In this document: one piece after another, positions 30,226 to 40,432 of the stretch
Layout of the letters: each line of letters begins with the position of its first letter
Position numbering within the stretch: the first letter of the stretch is position 1
Assembly: GCA_963836075.1 (NCBI GenBank)
Contig: CAWIIB010000001.1
Coordinates: 1,632,001-1,696,000 of the forward strand
DNA length: 64,000 nt
Direction: 5' to 3'
Origin: an uncultured Acidobacteriota bacterium
Lineage (GTDB): Bacteria; Acidobacteriota; JAQAZP01
Notes under the pieces: generated by a model
Seen by the model: only the letters and a program-made list of their open reading frames with translations
What the model was told of the DNA's origin: nothing
The model's database searches: none
Position numbers and translations under genes: made by a program

Positions 30226-32934
30226 ATGTTGGCTTTGGAAAACAGACCGCCAGCACTGAAGATCCCCATACTTCGAACCAAGCTGCACCGGCCGGCCCTG
30301 CCCGCCAATCATGTGCTCCGTTCCCGGCTGCTGGCCGCCATGGAAGAGCAGGCTCTCCGGCCGGTGGTCCTGGTGTCGGCGCCCGCCGGATACGGCAAGA
30401 GCACGCTGGTCAGTTGCTGGCTGGAACAGAGCCGCCAACCCGGCGTCTGGCTGTCCCTGGACGAACTTGACAGTGACCTGCAGCTATTCCTGAACTATGT
30501 CGTCACGGGCGTGCAGAACATCTTTCCCGATGCCCTGGGCGACACCGCGGCGATGATCAACTCGCCGGCCCTTCCGCCGGTGCCCGTCCTCGCCGCCACC
30601 CTGGTCAACGAGCTGGACCGGATCGGGCAGGATTTCACCCTCGTTTTCGATGATATTCACAGCATCGGGGACAAGGCCGTTCTCGATCTGCTCAGCCAGA
30701 TCCTGCGCCAGCCGCCCCGCTCGTTGCGCATCATCCTGGTGGGCCGGCGGGACCCGATCCTGCCCATCGCCGCCCTGCGCGCCAGGGCCATGCTGACCGA
30801 ACTGCGCATGGAGGACCTCCGCTTCACCGTTGACGAGGCCAGAAAGTTCCTGGGGGATGCACTGGGAGACGAGGACGATCAAGCCCTTGCCGAAGCGCTG
30901 GTTGAGAAGTCCGAAGGCTGGATCACCGGACTGCACCTGGCGGTCCTGGCCATGGAGAGAACGGACGAGCGCAGCCGTATGCTACTGGAGTTGAAGGGCA
31001 CCACGCGTTACGTGGTGGACTACCTGGTGGGCGAGGTTCTGGAACAGCAGCCGGACGGCATCCGCCGGTGCCTGCTCAGTTCTTCGATCCTGCGGCGATT
31101 CTGCGCGCCGTTGTGCGATGCCCTGCTGGAGGCGTCCGGGAATACAGGCAATGAGAAGATCGACGGAAACGCCTTCATCGACTGGCTGCAGGCGCACAAC
31201 CTGTTCATCATTCCGCTGGACACGGAGAACCGCTGGTTCCGCTACCACCACCTCTTCGCAGACCTTCTCAGGGCCCAGCTCCAGCGCAGCACTGAGCCGG
31301 AGCGCATCGCGGCGCTGCACGCCCGGGCCAGCGCCTGGCACGAGGAGCAGGGGCTGGTGGAAGGTTCGATTCAACACGCTCTGGCAGCCGGAGACATGGA
31401 AGAGGCCGCCGACATCGTCGAACGGAACTCGGACACCGAGTTCGACACCAATCGATGGTTCGTGGCCGCCCGCTGGCTGGAGCTGCTGCCGGAAGAGATC
31501 ACCCGGCAGCGCCCGAAACTGCTCCTGGCCCGGGCCCGGGTGCTCAATGACAAGTTCCGCCTGATGGAGATCCCGCCCCTGATCCAGCGGGTCCAGCAAC
31601 TGCTGGAAACAGGGCCGGTCAAGCCGGCGGTCCAGGCCGAGTTCTTCTATTTCCAGGGGTTCCTCACATTCTGGGAGGGGGACGGGCATAAGAGCCGGGC
31701 TTTCCTCGAACAGGCGCTGGAACTGCTCCCCGAAACAGAGACCGGCTACCTCCGTGCACAGAGCGAGCTCTTTTACGGCCTGGCCACCCAGATCAACGGG
31801 CGCGGGGACGAAGCCGTGGCAACGCTCCGCGGGTGGATCCAAAAGCGCGGTCTGCGCACCGGGCTGCTCTGGGAACGGTTGACCTACGGCCTGGCCGTGA
31901 TCCACCTGCTGCAGGGGCAGCTGGCTCCGGCGGAACGGGAGGGCCAGGCTCTGCTGGAGGACAGCGTGAGGACAGGCACGCAATTTATCCAGAGCTGGAG
32001 CCACTATCTCCTGGGTGTGGTTGCCATCCATCGCTACGATCTTGACCAGGCGCAGCAGCACTTCGGCCAGGTGGCCGGCAACCGCTACGCCGGCAACAGC
32101 CGGGCGGTGAGCGACAGCATGGTGGTCAGTGCCATCATCCAGCAGTTTCGAGGGCATCCCGATGAGGCCGACCAGTGGCTGGAACAGGCCGAGGAGTTCG
32201 CCCGGTGGACGGAGGATTCATCCCTGCTGGAAACGACCCTCTCGGGCAAGGCCAGGATCGCCCTGCTACGTGACGATCTCGACACGGCGGCCCGCTGGCA
32301 GCGGGGATTCAGCATGCCGCCCCATGTGCCCGCGATGATCTTCTTCCCCACCAATTCCTCTGTTACGGAGTGCCGGGTCCTGCTGGCCCTGGGCACCGAT
32401 TCAAGGCTGGCGGAAGCGGTGGAAAAGCTTGACTACCTGCGGCAGGAGACCTCGTCGCTGCACAACAGCTGCCAGGCCATCGACATCATCGCCCTCCAGG
32501 CACTGGCCGCTCACCGGCAGGGCCGGGAAGACAAGGCTCTGGACCTGCTGGAACAGGCCCTGGCCCTTGCCGAGCCGGGCGAGTGGGTTCGCCCCTTCGT
32601 GGAACCGGGCCCTCCCATGGTGGCCCTGCTGCAGCTGCTGCTCAAGCAGGACCGTTCGGCGCAGCAGATCAGAAAGATCCTGGCGCTGTTGAGAAAAGGG
32701 GAATCCGGCCGGCCGAGACCGCAGCCACTGATCGAGCCGCTCACCACCCGGGAGCTGGATGTCCTCGACCTGCTCACCAAACGACTGCGAAACAAGGAGA
32801 TATCCGAAAAACTGCACATCTCCCCCGTCACCGTGAAATCCCACCTGCGGACGATCTATCAAAAGCTCGGCGTGTCCAGACGCCGGGAAGCGGTTGAACG
32901 GGCCGCAGAGCTGGGAATCGTGGACCACCACTGA
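30226..32934 (+). CDS. MalT-like LuxR-family STAND transcriptional regulator (902 aa)
   Basis: ILRTKLHRP, SAPAGYGKST, LVFDDIH, SEGWITGL, WFRYHHLF and EPLTTRELDVL...TVKSHLRTIYQKL. Confidence 0.92.
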   Translation: MLALENRPPALKIPILRTKLHRPALPANHVLRSRLLAAMEEQALRPVVLVSAPAGYGKSTLVSCWLEQSRQPGVWLSLDELDSDLQLFLNYVVTGVQNIFPDALGDTAAMINSPALPPVPVLAATLVNELDRIGQDFTLVFDDIHSIGDKAVLDLLSQILRQPPRSLRIILVGRRDPILPIAALRARAMLTELRMEDLRFTVDEARKFLGDALGDEDDQALAEALVEKSEGWITGLHLAVLAMERTDERSRMLLELKGTTRYVVDYLVGEVLEQQPDGIRRCLLSSSILRRFCAPLCDALLEASGNTGNEKIDGNAFIDWLQAHNLFIIPLDTENRWFRYHHLFADLLRAQLQRSTEPERIAALHARASAWHEEQGLVEGSIQHALAAGDMEEAADIVERNSDTEFDTNRWFVAARWLELLPEEITRQRPKLLLARARVLNDKFRLMEIPPLIQRVQQLLETGPVKPAVQAEFFYFQGFLTFWEGDGHKSRAFLEQALELLPETETGYLRAQSELFYGLATQINGRGDEAVATLRGWIQKRGLRTGLLWERLTYGLAVIHLLQGQLAPAEREGQALLEDSVRTGTQFIQSWSHYLLGVVAIHRYDLDQAQQHFGQVAGNRYAGNSRAVSDSMVVSAIIQQFRGHPDEADQWLEQAEEFARWTEDSSLLETTLSGKARIALLRDDLDTAARWQRGFSMPPHVPAMIFFPTNSSVTECRVLLALGTDSRLAEAVEKLDYLRQETSSLHNSCQAIDIIALQALAAHRQGREDKALDLLEQALALAEPGEWVRPFVEPGPPMVALLQLLLKQDRSAQQIRKILALLRKGESGRPRPQPLIEPLTTRELDVLDLLTKRLRNKEISEKLHISPVTVKSHLRTIYQKLGVSRRREAVERAAELGIVDHH

Positions 32935-33117
32935 CCCGACAATTCTCCCGACCCTGTACGGCGTCCATATTAAGATCCAATCCGAAGTACATCCCCTCTA
33001 CGCCCTTTTTACGCCTTTTTGGCTGATGCACCACCATGCCACCGCGGATAGAGTGCATGAGTCAAGATTTCATCCACCAGCCAATATGAAATGAGCTGAA
33101 AAGACAGGGCATGAACC

Positions 33118-33390
33118 ATGATGGATCAATCCACGAAAAAACATCTGGATTCCTGGTCGCCGGCAACCTATCGTATCGAGGTCGAAGGCTTCCTGGAGGG
33201 AAGCTGGTCGGACCGCTTTGCGGGGATGCGGATCCGCTGGCGGAAACGGGAGGACAACTCCGTCATCACCCGGCTCACCGGGCGACTGAGGGATCAAGCC
33301 GAGCTGAGCGGTGTTCTCAACGGCCTCACCGAACTGCACCTTTCCATTCTGACGGTGGAAAGGATCGGCGAAGACGACAAGGGGAGTTGA
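33118..33390 (+). CDS. Small ACT-like hypothetical protein
   Basis: YRIEVEGFL...WSDRF...LTGRLRDQAELSGVLNGL..LHL. Paralog at 50937..51182. Confidence 0.75.
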   Translation: MMDQSTKKHLDSWSPATYRIEVEGFLEGSWSDRFAGMRIRWRKREDNSVITRLTGRLRDQAELSGVLNGLTELHLSILTVERIGEDDKGS

Positions 33391-33464
33391 GCCTGTGGGC
33401 AACTCCGGAATTGAAACAGAGGGAACAAAGAATTGAATCGATCAATGAAAGGGAGGGTCTGACC

Positions 33465-35834
33465 ATGAGTCACAAGAATCAGAGAAACGTCATTCTGGGG
33501 TGTCTGTTGCTCCTGCTGGGTATCTCATCTGCAGGGATTGCCCTGGAACTGGACCGCACCGTCCTGCCGATCCAGCCGCCGTATCGCGAGCCCATCACGG
33601 TGTTCGACGCCCGGGACGCCGAGAAGCCCCCGAGGTTCACGGTCACGCCTCCGGAAGGCGCCCCGAACGTCGTCATCGTGCTGATCGATGACATCGGCTT
33701 CGGTGCAGTAAACAGCTTCGGCGGCGGCATCCAAACCCCGACCTTTGATCGCCTGGCCGACAATGGCCTGCGCTTCAACCACTTCCACACCACGGCCCTC
33801 TGCTCGCCGACGCGCTCGGCACTGCTGTCCGGCCGGAACCACCACCAGGTCAATGTCGGCTGTGTGATGGAGATCGCCACCGGCTTCCCCGGCAACCAGG
33901 GCGAGCGCAGCACCCGAGGTCAGTACTTCGCCGAGACCCTGCGCCTCAACGGCTACAGCACGGCGGCGTTCGGCAAGTGGCACGAGACGGCCACCTGGGA
34001 AGTCTCCGTGTCCGGCCCCTACGATCGCTGGCCGACGAACTCGGGCTTCGACAGGTTCTACGGTTTCATCGGTGGCGAGACCAACCAGTGGGACCCGGTG
34101 ATCTTCGACGGTGTGACCACGGTCCCGAAGAAGGACGACCCCGACTATCACTTCACCTCGGACATGACCAATGAGGCAATCCAGTGGATGAAGTTCCAGC
34201 AGGCGATGACGCCGGACAAGCCGTTCTTCGTCTACTTCGCGCCTGGTGCGGTGCACGCCCCGCACCACGCCCCGAAGGAGTTCATCGAGAAGTACAAGGG
34301 CAAGTTCGACGGCGGCTGGCTGAAGTACCGCGAGGAGGCCTTCGCTCGCCAGAAGGAGATGGGCATCATTCCCCAGAACACCAAGCTGGCGCCCATGCCC
34401 GACGACATCCCGGACTGGGAGACGCTGAGCGACAACGAGAAGGCACTCTTCGCCCTGCAGATGGAAGCCTTCGCCGGCTTCATGGAGCACACGGACGTCG
34501 AGATCGGCCGGATGGTGGACGCCATCGACGATATGGGCGCTCTGGACAACACGCTGTTCATCTACATCATGGGCGACAACGGCTCGAGCGGCGAAGGCGG
34601 CCTGACCGGCACCTACAACGAGCTGGTGCACCTCAACGGAATCTTCGACGCCGAGACCACCGAGAGCATGTTGGAGCGCGCGGACGACTGGGGTGGCCCC
34701 AACTCCTTCCCGCACTTCTCCTCGGCCTGGGCGGTGGCCACCGACGTGCCGTTCACCTGGACCAAGCAGATGGCCGCGGACTACGGCGGTACCCGCAACC
34801 CGATGGTCATGCACTGGCCGACGGGCATCAAGGCCAAGGGTGAGATTCGCCAGCAGTGGCATCACGTCAATGACGTGGCCGCCACCGTGCTCGAGGCGGC
34901 CAAGCTCCCTCAGCCCAGGGTGGTGAATGGCGTCCCGCAGATACCGTTGGAGGGCGTGAGCATGCTCTACGCCGCGCGTGACGCCGACGCGTTCAACCGT
35001 CGCCACACCCAGTACTTCGAGATCTTCGCCAACCGCGCGATCTATCACGATGGCTGGCTGGCGCGTGTGGTGCACCGCGTCCCCTGGGAGAACCTGCCGA
35101 TCAACAAGCTCCAGGACGACGTTTGGGAGCTCTACCATGCGCAGGAGGACTTCAGCCTGACCAATGACCTGGCAAGCGAGTATCCGCGACGGCTCGCCGC
35201 GATGAAGGACCTGTTCGAACGGGAAGCCATCCGCAACAGCGTCTATCCGCTTGACGACCGCTCGTACGAGCGCTTCAACGCCGCCATCGCCGGACGGCCC
35301 GACCTGATGGGCGACCGGACCAGCCTGACCCTCGCCCAGGGAATGACCGGCATCCTGGAGAACTGCTTCATCAACGAGAAGAACACCTCCAAGACGGTCA
35401 CCGCCAAGGTCAAGCTCGAGGGCAACGACCGGGGCGTCATTCTCTGTCAGGGTGGCAAGTTCGGCGGCTGGGCTCTGTACATGGATCAGGGCAAGCCGGC
35501 CTACACCTACAACTGGTTCGGCCTGCATAGCTACACCGTGGCCGCCACCGAGGCCATCAGTGGCGACCAGGCGGAGATCAAGTTGCAGTTCGACTACGAC
35601 GAGGCCGGAGAAGGCACCGGCAAGGGCGGCCAGGCGACCCTCTACGTGAACGGCGAGCAGGTCGCCCAGGGCCGCATCGAGAAGACTCAGCCAGCGCTCT
35701 ACTCCGCGGACGAGACAGCGGATGTCGGCGTGGACGAGTCGACGCCGGTCGCCGACAAGGTCTTCAAGGACGTCGAGGACTCCGAGTTCACGGGATACGT
35801 GAAAGAGGTTACGATCAGCATTCCCAAAAGATAA
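33465..35834 (+). CDS. Exported arylsulfatase (Cys-type formylglycine) with C-terminal beta-sandwich
   Basis: ATG 33465 with GGAGG RBS and signal peptide. PNVVIVLIDDIG, CSPTRSALLSGR, GKWH and GDNG. Confidence 0.92.
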   Translation: MSHKNQRNVILGCLLLLLGISSAGIALELDRTVLPIQPPYREPITVFDARDAEKPPRFTVTPPEGAPNVVIVLIDDIGFGAVNSFGGGIQTPTFDRLADNGLRFNHFHTTALCSPTRSALLSGRNHHQVNVGCVMEIATGFPGNQGERSTRGQYFAETLRLNGYSTAAFGKWHETATWEVSVSGPYDRWPTNSGFDRFYGFIGGETNQWDPVIFDGVTTVPKKDDPDYHFTSDMTNEAIQWMKFQQAMTPDKPFFVYFAPGAVHAPHHAPKEFIEKYKGKFDGGWLKYREEAFARQKEMGIIPQNTKLAPMPDDIPDWETLSDNEKALFALQMEAFAGFMEHTDVEIGRMVDAIDDMGALDNTLFIYIMGDNGSSGEGGLTGTYNELVHLNGIFDAETTESMLERADDWGGPNSFPHFSSAWAVATDVPFTWTKQMAADYGGTRNPMVMHWPTGIKAKGEIRQQWHHVNDVAATVLEAAKLPQPRVVNGVPQIPLEGVSMLYAARDADAFNRRHTQYFEIFANRAIYHDGWLARVVHRVPWENLPINKLQDDVWELYHAQEDFSLTNDLASEYPRRLAAMKDLFEREAIRNSVYPLDDRSYERFNAAIAGRPDLMGDRTSLTLAQGMTGILENCFINEKNTSKTVTAKVKLEGNDRGVILCQGGKFGGWALYMDQGKPAYTYNWFGLHSYTVAATEAISGDQAEIKLQFDYDEAGEGTGKGGQATLYVNGEQVAQGRIEKTQPALYSADETADVGVDESTPVADKVFKDVEDSEFTGYVKEVTISIPKR

Positions 35835-35849
35835 GCAGCAAGGGTCAGC

Positions 35850-35880
35850 GCACCGGGGGCATGTGCCATGCCCCCGGTGC
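35850..35880. terminator. Perfect 14-bp hairpin after the arylsulfatase
   Basis: GCACCGGGGGCATG-TGC-CATGCCCCCGGTGC. Confidence 0.6.
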
Positions 35881-35967
35881 AACGGAAGAACCGGCATGAA
35901 ACTCGTTCGCCAAACCTGGTTTGCTCTGGCTCTGGTTGTACTGGTCACCGGCACACCTCTCCCCACC

Positions 35968-36057
35968 ACGCAAATCCCCCATTCGGGGGATTTGCGTTTG
36001 TACCACCCGATTTTCCACCCCCGGGTCATTTACTTCTGAAGACGATCCACATAGACT
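35968..36057 (+). promoter_or_regulatory. TACCAC-box promoter (copy C) preceded by a perfect 13-4-13 palindrome
   Basis: ACGCAAATCCCCC-ATTC-GGGGGATTTGCGT, then TACCACCCGATTTTCCACCCCCGGGTCATTTAC and TTTACT-N17-TAGACT. Confidence 0.7.
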
Positions 36058-36121
36058 GAGAATCATCAGGATTATTCCATTTTTCGCGCTACCACATCCG
36101 AATCGATGGAAGCTCCATATT

Positions 36122-38608
36122 ATGTACAACTTGAAATTTCTCCACATCACCGGCGCCCTGCTCTTCGCCCTCCTTCTGCTGCCATTGGCCGCGGCGGAAT
36201 CCCCTCTCCAGGCACAGTCGGGGCAGAAGCCCGCCGGCTCGGCGGACCCGTCGGGATCGCCGGAAAGCCAGCAGGGTGATGCCGTTGCAGAGGAAGCGCT
36301 CCCCGATCTCCCGGAACTGGCTGAGATCATTCCCCTGACCAGCGAGCTGTCCGGACGCCTGGTGGTCCTGCAGAACAAGCTGGAGGGACTACTGGACAGC
36401 GCGGCCGTCGAAGCCGGCTTTGCCGAGATCGAGAAAGATCTGGCAGAGCCCGTGGCCCAGTTGGACCAGCTGAAAAAAACGGCCAGCTTCAGGCTGAGCA
36501 GGCTCGAGGACTTGCGGGGCATAGTCCGGGGGAAGAAAACAGCTTTCGAGGCCACCAGCAAGCCGCTGAACGATGCCATCGACCAACTGGGCGCGTACCG
36601 GGAAGAGTGGCTGGAGGAGAGAAAGACCTGGAGCAGGTGGCAATCCAACCTGGTCACAGAGGATGATCTGGATCAGTTCAAATCGACATTCAACAAGGCC
36701 AATACAACCATCGACAAAGCTGTTGACCTGGTAACCTCCAGGCTCGACACACTGCTGAAGATCCAGGAGCAGGCCGGAGAGAGCCACATCAGGATCATCT
36801 CGCTGGAGGCGGAGCTGGACGGCCTGATCGCCCGGGAGGAGGCGGACGCCCTGGCCAACGCCTCGCCCCCAATGTTCTCGAATCAGTTCGTCTCGCAGTT
36901 CGACAATGAGCTGTACGATGCCGTGGTCGGCGGGGTGGCAGGGATCTCGTGGCCGGATAAACCGTTCCTGCTGTCCCAGATATGGACTCTGCTCTGGCTG
37001 GGACTGCTGCTCTTCTTCACCTCGAGGACGATCAACAGAAACCGGCAGGTCTTGAATGAATCGAAGAATGGTTCGTTCCTGGCCTCCCGGCCCTATTCCA
37101 CGGCCCTTTTCCTGGTGGCCTTGCTCTGGATACTGATCAACGAATTCCAACGGGTTCCAGCGACCTGGAAACTGGCCGCCGAGATCGTCCTGGGTATCGC
37201 CTTTCTCCGGCTGGCACTGAAGGCGCTTAATATAGCCTGGGTGCGGCAGTTCGTACTCTGGCTCTTACTTGTTTTGATCGCCGACAGGGTGATGGACACC
37301 ATCAACCTGCCGTTGCCGCTGTACCGGCTCTGCCTGCTGGCCATGACGCTGGCCGGCATCTTCTTTTTTCTCCGCTGGTCCAGGGCCTCCGACCAGCTGG
37401 GTCAGCCGAAGTACTTCGCCAAAGCGCTCCGGCTGGTCTCCCTGCTGCTGGCAGCGGTCCTGGTGGCGGAGATCCGGGGCAAAGAGGCCATGGCCATCTA
37501 CCTCTTCTTCTCCACCCTCGATTCCGCGGCCACCATCCTGATCTTCGTCATGTTGATGCATATCGTCCACGCCGCCATCGAATCGGCTCTGCGCAGCATT
37601 CCGAAGGGCCGGCTGCCCCTCTTCCCCCGGGAAGACATCGCTGCCGACACCCGCCACCTGGCACACATGGTCAATGCCCTCATCGCCGCGTCTCTCCTCT
37701 TCCCGGCCATTCTGATGTGCTGGGGGGTCTACAACAATCTGGCCGAGGCGATACGAGGCATCCTTGATTTCGGGTTCACCGTGGGGTCGAAGCAAATCAG
37801 CGTGGGCCTGCTGATGGTTGCGGCCGCCATCCTCTACGGCACCTTTTTCACCTCCTGGATCCTGCAAAAACTGATGCTCAGCGAGGTGCGGGTCAAGCAC
37901 CACCTGGCGTTGGGCGCACGCTATTCCATCGCGCGGCTGCTGCACTACGTGATCATCTGCGCCGGGTTCCTCATCGCCCTGTCAACGCTCGGCGTCGAGA
38001 TCACCAAGATTACCATCATGCTCAGCGCTCTCGGTGTGGGCATCGGATTCGGCCTGCAGAGCGTGGTGCACAATTTCGTCAGCGGGCTGATCCTTCTCTT
38101 CGAGCAGCCGGTGAGGGTGGGCGACGCCATCGAACTCGACGGCACCTGGTCGGTGATCAAGAGTATCGGCCTGCGGGCCACCACGGTTCAGACCTATGAG
38201 CTGGCCGACGTGATCATCCCCAACTCCCAGCTGATCAGCAGCCAGGTGGTTAACTGGACACTGAGCAACCGCAACGTGCGGCTCTCCATCCCGGTTGGCG
38301 CGGCCTACGGATCCGACGTGACCCGGGTGATGGAGACGCTGATCGCCTGCGCCAGTGATCATCCCCAGTTGATGAAATCCCGCGAACCACAGGTACTCTT
38401 CCAGCAGTTCGGGGATAGCGCTCTCAATTTCGAGCTGCGGGTATGGGTCATAGACGTTGACAACAAGTTGCGGGTGCGCAGCGAACTGCTGCAGAAGATC
38501 GATCAGAGTTTCCGTGATGCCGGGATCGAGATCGCCTTCCCCCAACTGGACCTGCACCTGAGAAGTGTCGATGAATCCATAGACATCGTCCCGCCTGTGC
38601 CTGAGTAA
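36122..38608 (+). CDS. Large MscS/MscK-like mechanosensitive channel
   Basis: Signal peptide, periplasmic coiled coil and many TMs. ALGVGIGFGLQSVVHNFVSGLILLFEQPVRVGD, IIPNS and FGDSALNFEL. Confidence 0.9.
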   Translation: MYNLKFLHITGALLFALLLLPLAAAESPLQAQSGQKPAGSADPSGSPESQQGDAVAEEALPDLPELAEIIPLTSELSGRLVVLQNKLEGLLDSAAVEAGFAEIEKDLAEPVAQLDQLKKTASFRLSRLEDLRGIVRGKKTAFEATSKPLNDAIDQLGAYREEWLEERKTWSRWQSNLVTEDDLDQFKSTFNKANTTIDKAVDLVTSRLDTLLKIQEQAGESHIRIISLEAELDGLIAREEADALANASPPMFSNQFVSQFDNELYDAVVGGVAGISWPDKPFLLSQIWTLLWLGLLLFFTSRTINRNRQVLNESKNGSFLASRPYSTALFLVALLWILINEFQRVPATWKLAAEIVLGIAFLRLALKALNIAWVRQFVLWLLLVLIADRVMDTINLPLPLYRLCLLAMTLAGIFFFLRWSRASDQLGQPKYFAKALRLVSLLLAAVLVAEIRGKEAMAIYLFFSTLDSAATILIFVMLMHIVHAAIESALRSIPKGRLPLFPREDIAADTRHLAHMVNALIAASLLFPAILMCWGVYNNLAEAIRGILDFGFTVGSKQISVGLLMVAAAILYGTFFTSWILQKLMLSEVRVKHHLALGARYSIARLLHYVIICAGFLIALSTLGVEITKITIMLSALGVGIGFGLQSVVHNFVSGLILLFEQPVRVGDAIELDGTWSVIKSIGLRATTVQTYELADVIIPNSQLISSQVVNWTLSNRNVRLSIPVGAAYGSDVTRVMETLIACASDHPQLMKSREPQVLFQQFGDSALNFELRVWVIDVDNKLRVRSELLQKIDQSFRDAGIEIAFPQLDLHLRSVDESIDIVPPVPE

Positions 38609-38688
38609 TATCTCCTTTATTTTGCAAGCGCTTACAGATCACATCACCCTCCCCTCCCCCACCCCCCCCTTTCGGGTAACCCCCGATT

Positions 38689-38746
38689 TACCACTCCAAA
38701 TACCACCCTTGGGTAATTTACAGATGCCTTGCGAGAGATCTAGATT
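38689..38746 (+). promoter_or_regulatory. TACCAC-box promoter (copy A)
   Basis: TACCACTCCAAATACCACCCTTGGGTAATTTAC, then TTTACA-N18-TAGATT. Confidence 0.75.
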
Positions 38747-38883
38747 CACTATATTCAAGTAGTTCTTTATTTTTATCCAACCGGAAATGGCGGCCAGCCA
38801 CATTGCTGGAGGGTCCCTTGAGGAATATGACCCCTCCTCCGGGCACAGGAGAACACGACCAACACCAGAAAGGATCAGAGACA

Positions 38884-40404
38884 ATGAATACCACTGAACT
38901 ATACGATGTGGTCCTGGCCAACGGCCGGGTCATCGATCCGGAAACCTATCTCGATGGGACATTTAATGTCGGGATCAACGGCGGAAAGATTGCCGCCATC
39001 TCAGATCAGCCCCTCGAGGGCAAGGAAATCATCGACGTCTCGGGCATGATCGTCTCGCCCGGTTTCATCGACCTCCATTCTCACGGGGTGAATATCGCCA
39101 GCAACCGAATCCAGGCCTTTGACGGCGTCACAAGTGCCCTGGAACTGGAAGGCGGTATTCTTCCAATCGGGGAATTCTACGATAACTGCGCGAAAGAAGG
39201 CCGGCCGATCAACTACGGCGCCTCAGCCGGCTGGGCCTCGGCCCGGCTGGTCACGATCAATCCGGACCAGGCCGTGAATGGCAAGCCCGAGCCCAATGCC
39301 GTTCCGTATGTCTTCAACAGATTCTACATCAAGGAATTCACTCAGAATGTCGCCACCGAGGCTCAGGTGGACAAGATCATCGAATGGACCGAGCAGGGGC
39401 TCAAGGAAGGGGGGATCGGCATCGGTGTGCTGCATGCCTACCTGCCGGGCGCGGGTTCCAAAGAACTCATGCGCGTGTGGGAACTGGCTGCGAAGTACAA
39501 CGTGCCCACCTACACCCATATCCAGAATGTCTCCATGCTGGATCCCAAGAGCGGCGTTGCCAGTATGCTGCAACTAGCTGGCCTCGCCGCAGCGACCGGG
39601 GCCCACACCCACGTATGCCATATGAACAGTGTTGGACTTCGGGATATCGATAAGTTCGTTGCTGTCGTGCGAAATGCACAGAAACAGGGCGTTAAGATGA
39701 CGACCGAGGCCTACACCTACGGTGCAGGAAACTCGGCGATTGCCGCTGCGGAATTCAATCCGGATGACGTCGAAATGAGGATGGGAGTCCACTTCAACGA
39801 CTTCACCCTGGTGAAAACGAATACGGCCTTCAAGAACAAAGAGGAGTTTGTGAAGGATATGAAGGCCAGTCCCGGAGACGCCGTCATCGTCCACTTCCTG
39901 GATGAAGACAATAACCCCCATGACGCCAGTCTGCTGGATATGTCGGTGCTTTATCCGGGCGGGGCCGTCGTCACCGATGCGATCCCCTTCACCGACGAGA
40001 AAGGGACATGGTTCTTGGGCGATGAATGGCCCCTCCCCAAGGGACTGCAGAGCCACCCTCGCGCTGCAGGGAACTACTGCCACTTCCTGAGGAGATGGGT
40101 CCGGGAGCGTGGAGTTTTGAGTTGGATGGATGCCATCAGGAAATGCTCCTTGATCCCCGCCCAGATCATCGAAGATGCCGCACCGATGACGAAAAAGAAG
40201 GGGCGCCTTCAAGAAGGCTGTGATGCCGACATCATCGTCTTCGACCCGAAGACCGTTGCGGACAAGGCCACCTTCAAGGAGCCCTGTCAGCTATCCGAAG
40301 GCATGAAGCACGTGATGGTCAACGGCACCTTCCTCATCCGCGACTCGGAGCTCGATACCAAGGCCATGCCGGGACAGGCCGTCCGTGGAACGATCAGGGG
40401 TTAA
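38884..40404 (+). CDS. Amidohydrolase, N-acyl-D-amino-acid deacylase-like
   Basis: NGRVIDPE, PGFIDLHSH, HPRAAG, KGRLQEGCDADIIVFDP and GMKHVMVNG. Confidence 0.85.
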   Translation: MNTTELYDVVLANGRVIDPETYLDGTFNVGINGGKIAAISDQPLEGKEIIDVSGMIVSPGFIDLHSHGVNIASNRIQAFDGVTSALELEGGILPIGEFYDNCAKEGRPINYGASAGWASARLVTINPDQAVNGKPEPNAVPYVFNRFYIKEFTQNVATEAQVDKIIEWTEQGLKEGGIGIGVLHAYLPGAGSKELMRVWELAAKYNVPTYTHIQNVSMLDPKSGVASMLQLAGLAAATGAHTHVCHMNSVGLRDIDKFVAVVRNAQKQGVKMTTEAYTYGAGNSAIAAAEFNPDDVEMRMGVHFNDFTLVKTNTAFKNKEEFVKDMKASPGDAVIVHFLDEDNNPHDASLLDMSVLYPGGAVVTDAIPFTDEKGTWFLGDEWPLPKGLQSHPRAAGNYCHFLRRWVRERGVLSWMDAIRKCSLIPAQIIEDAAPMTKKKGRLQEGCDADIIVFDPKTVADKATFKEPCQLSEGMKHVMVNGTFLIRDSELDTKAMPGQAVRGTIRG

Positions 40405-40432
40405 AAATAAGTAGAAATATGGAGGTAGAAAA

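Noticed and set aside
33111-33464. N-terminal 118-aa extension of the arylsulfatase ORF
   Set aside because: It overlaps the ACT-like gene in another frame. The RBS and signal peptide support a start at 33465.
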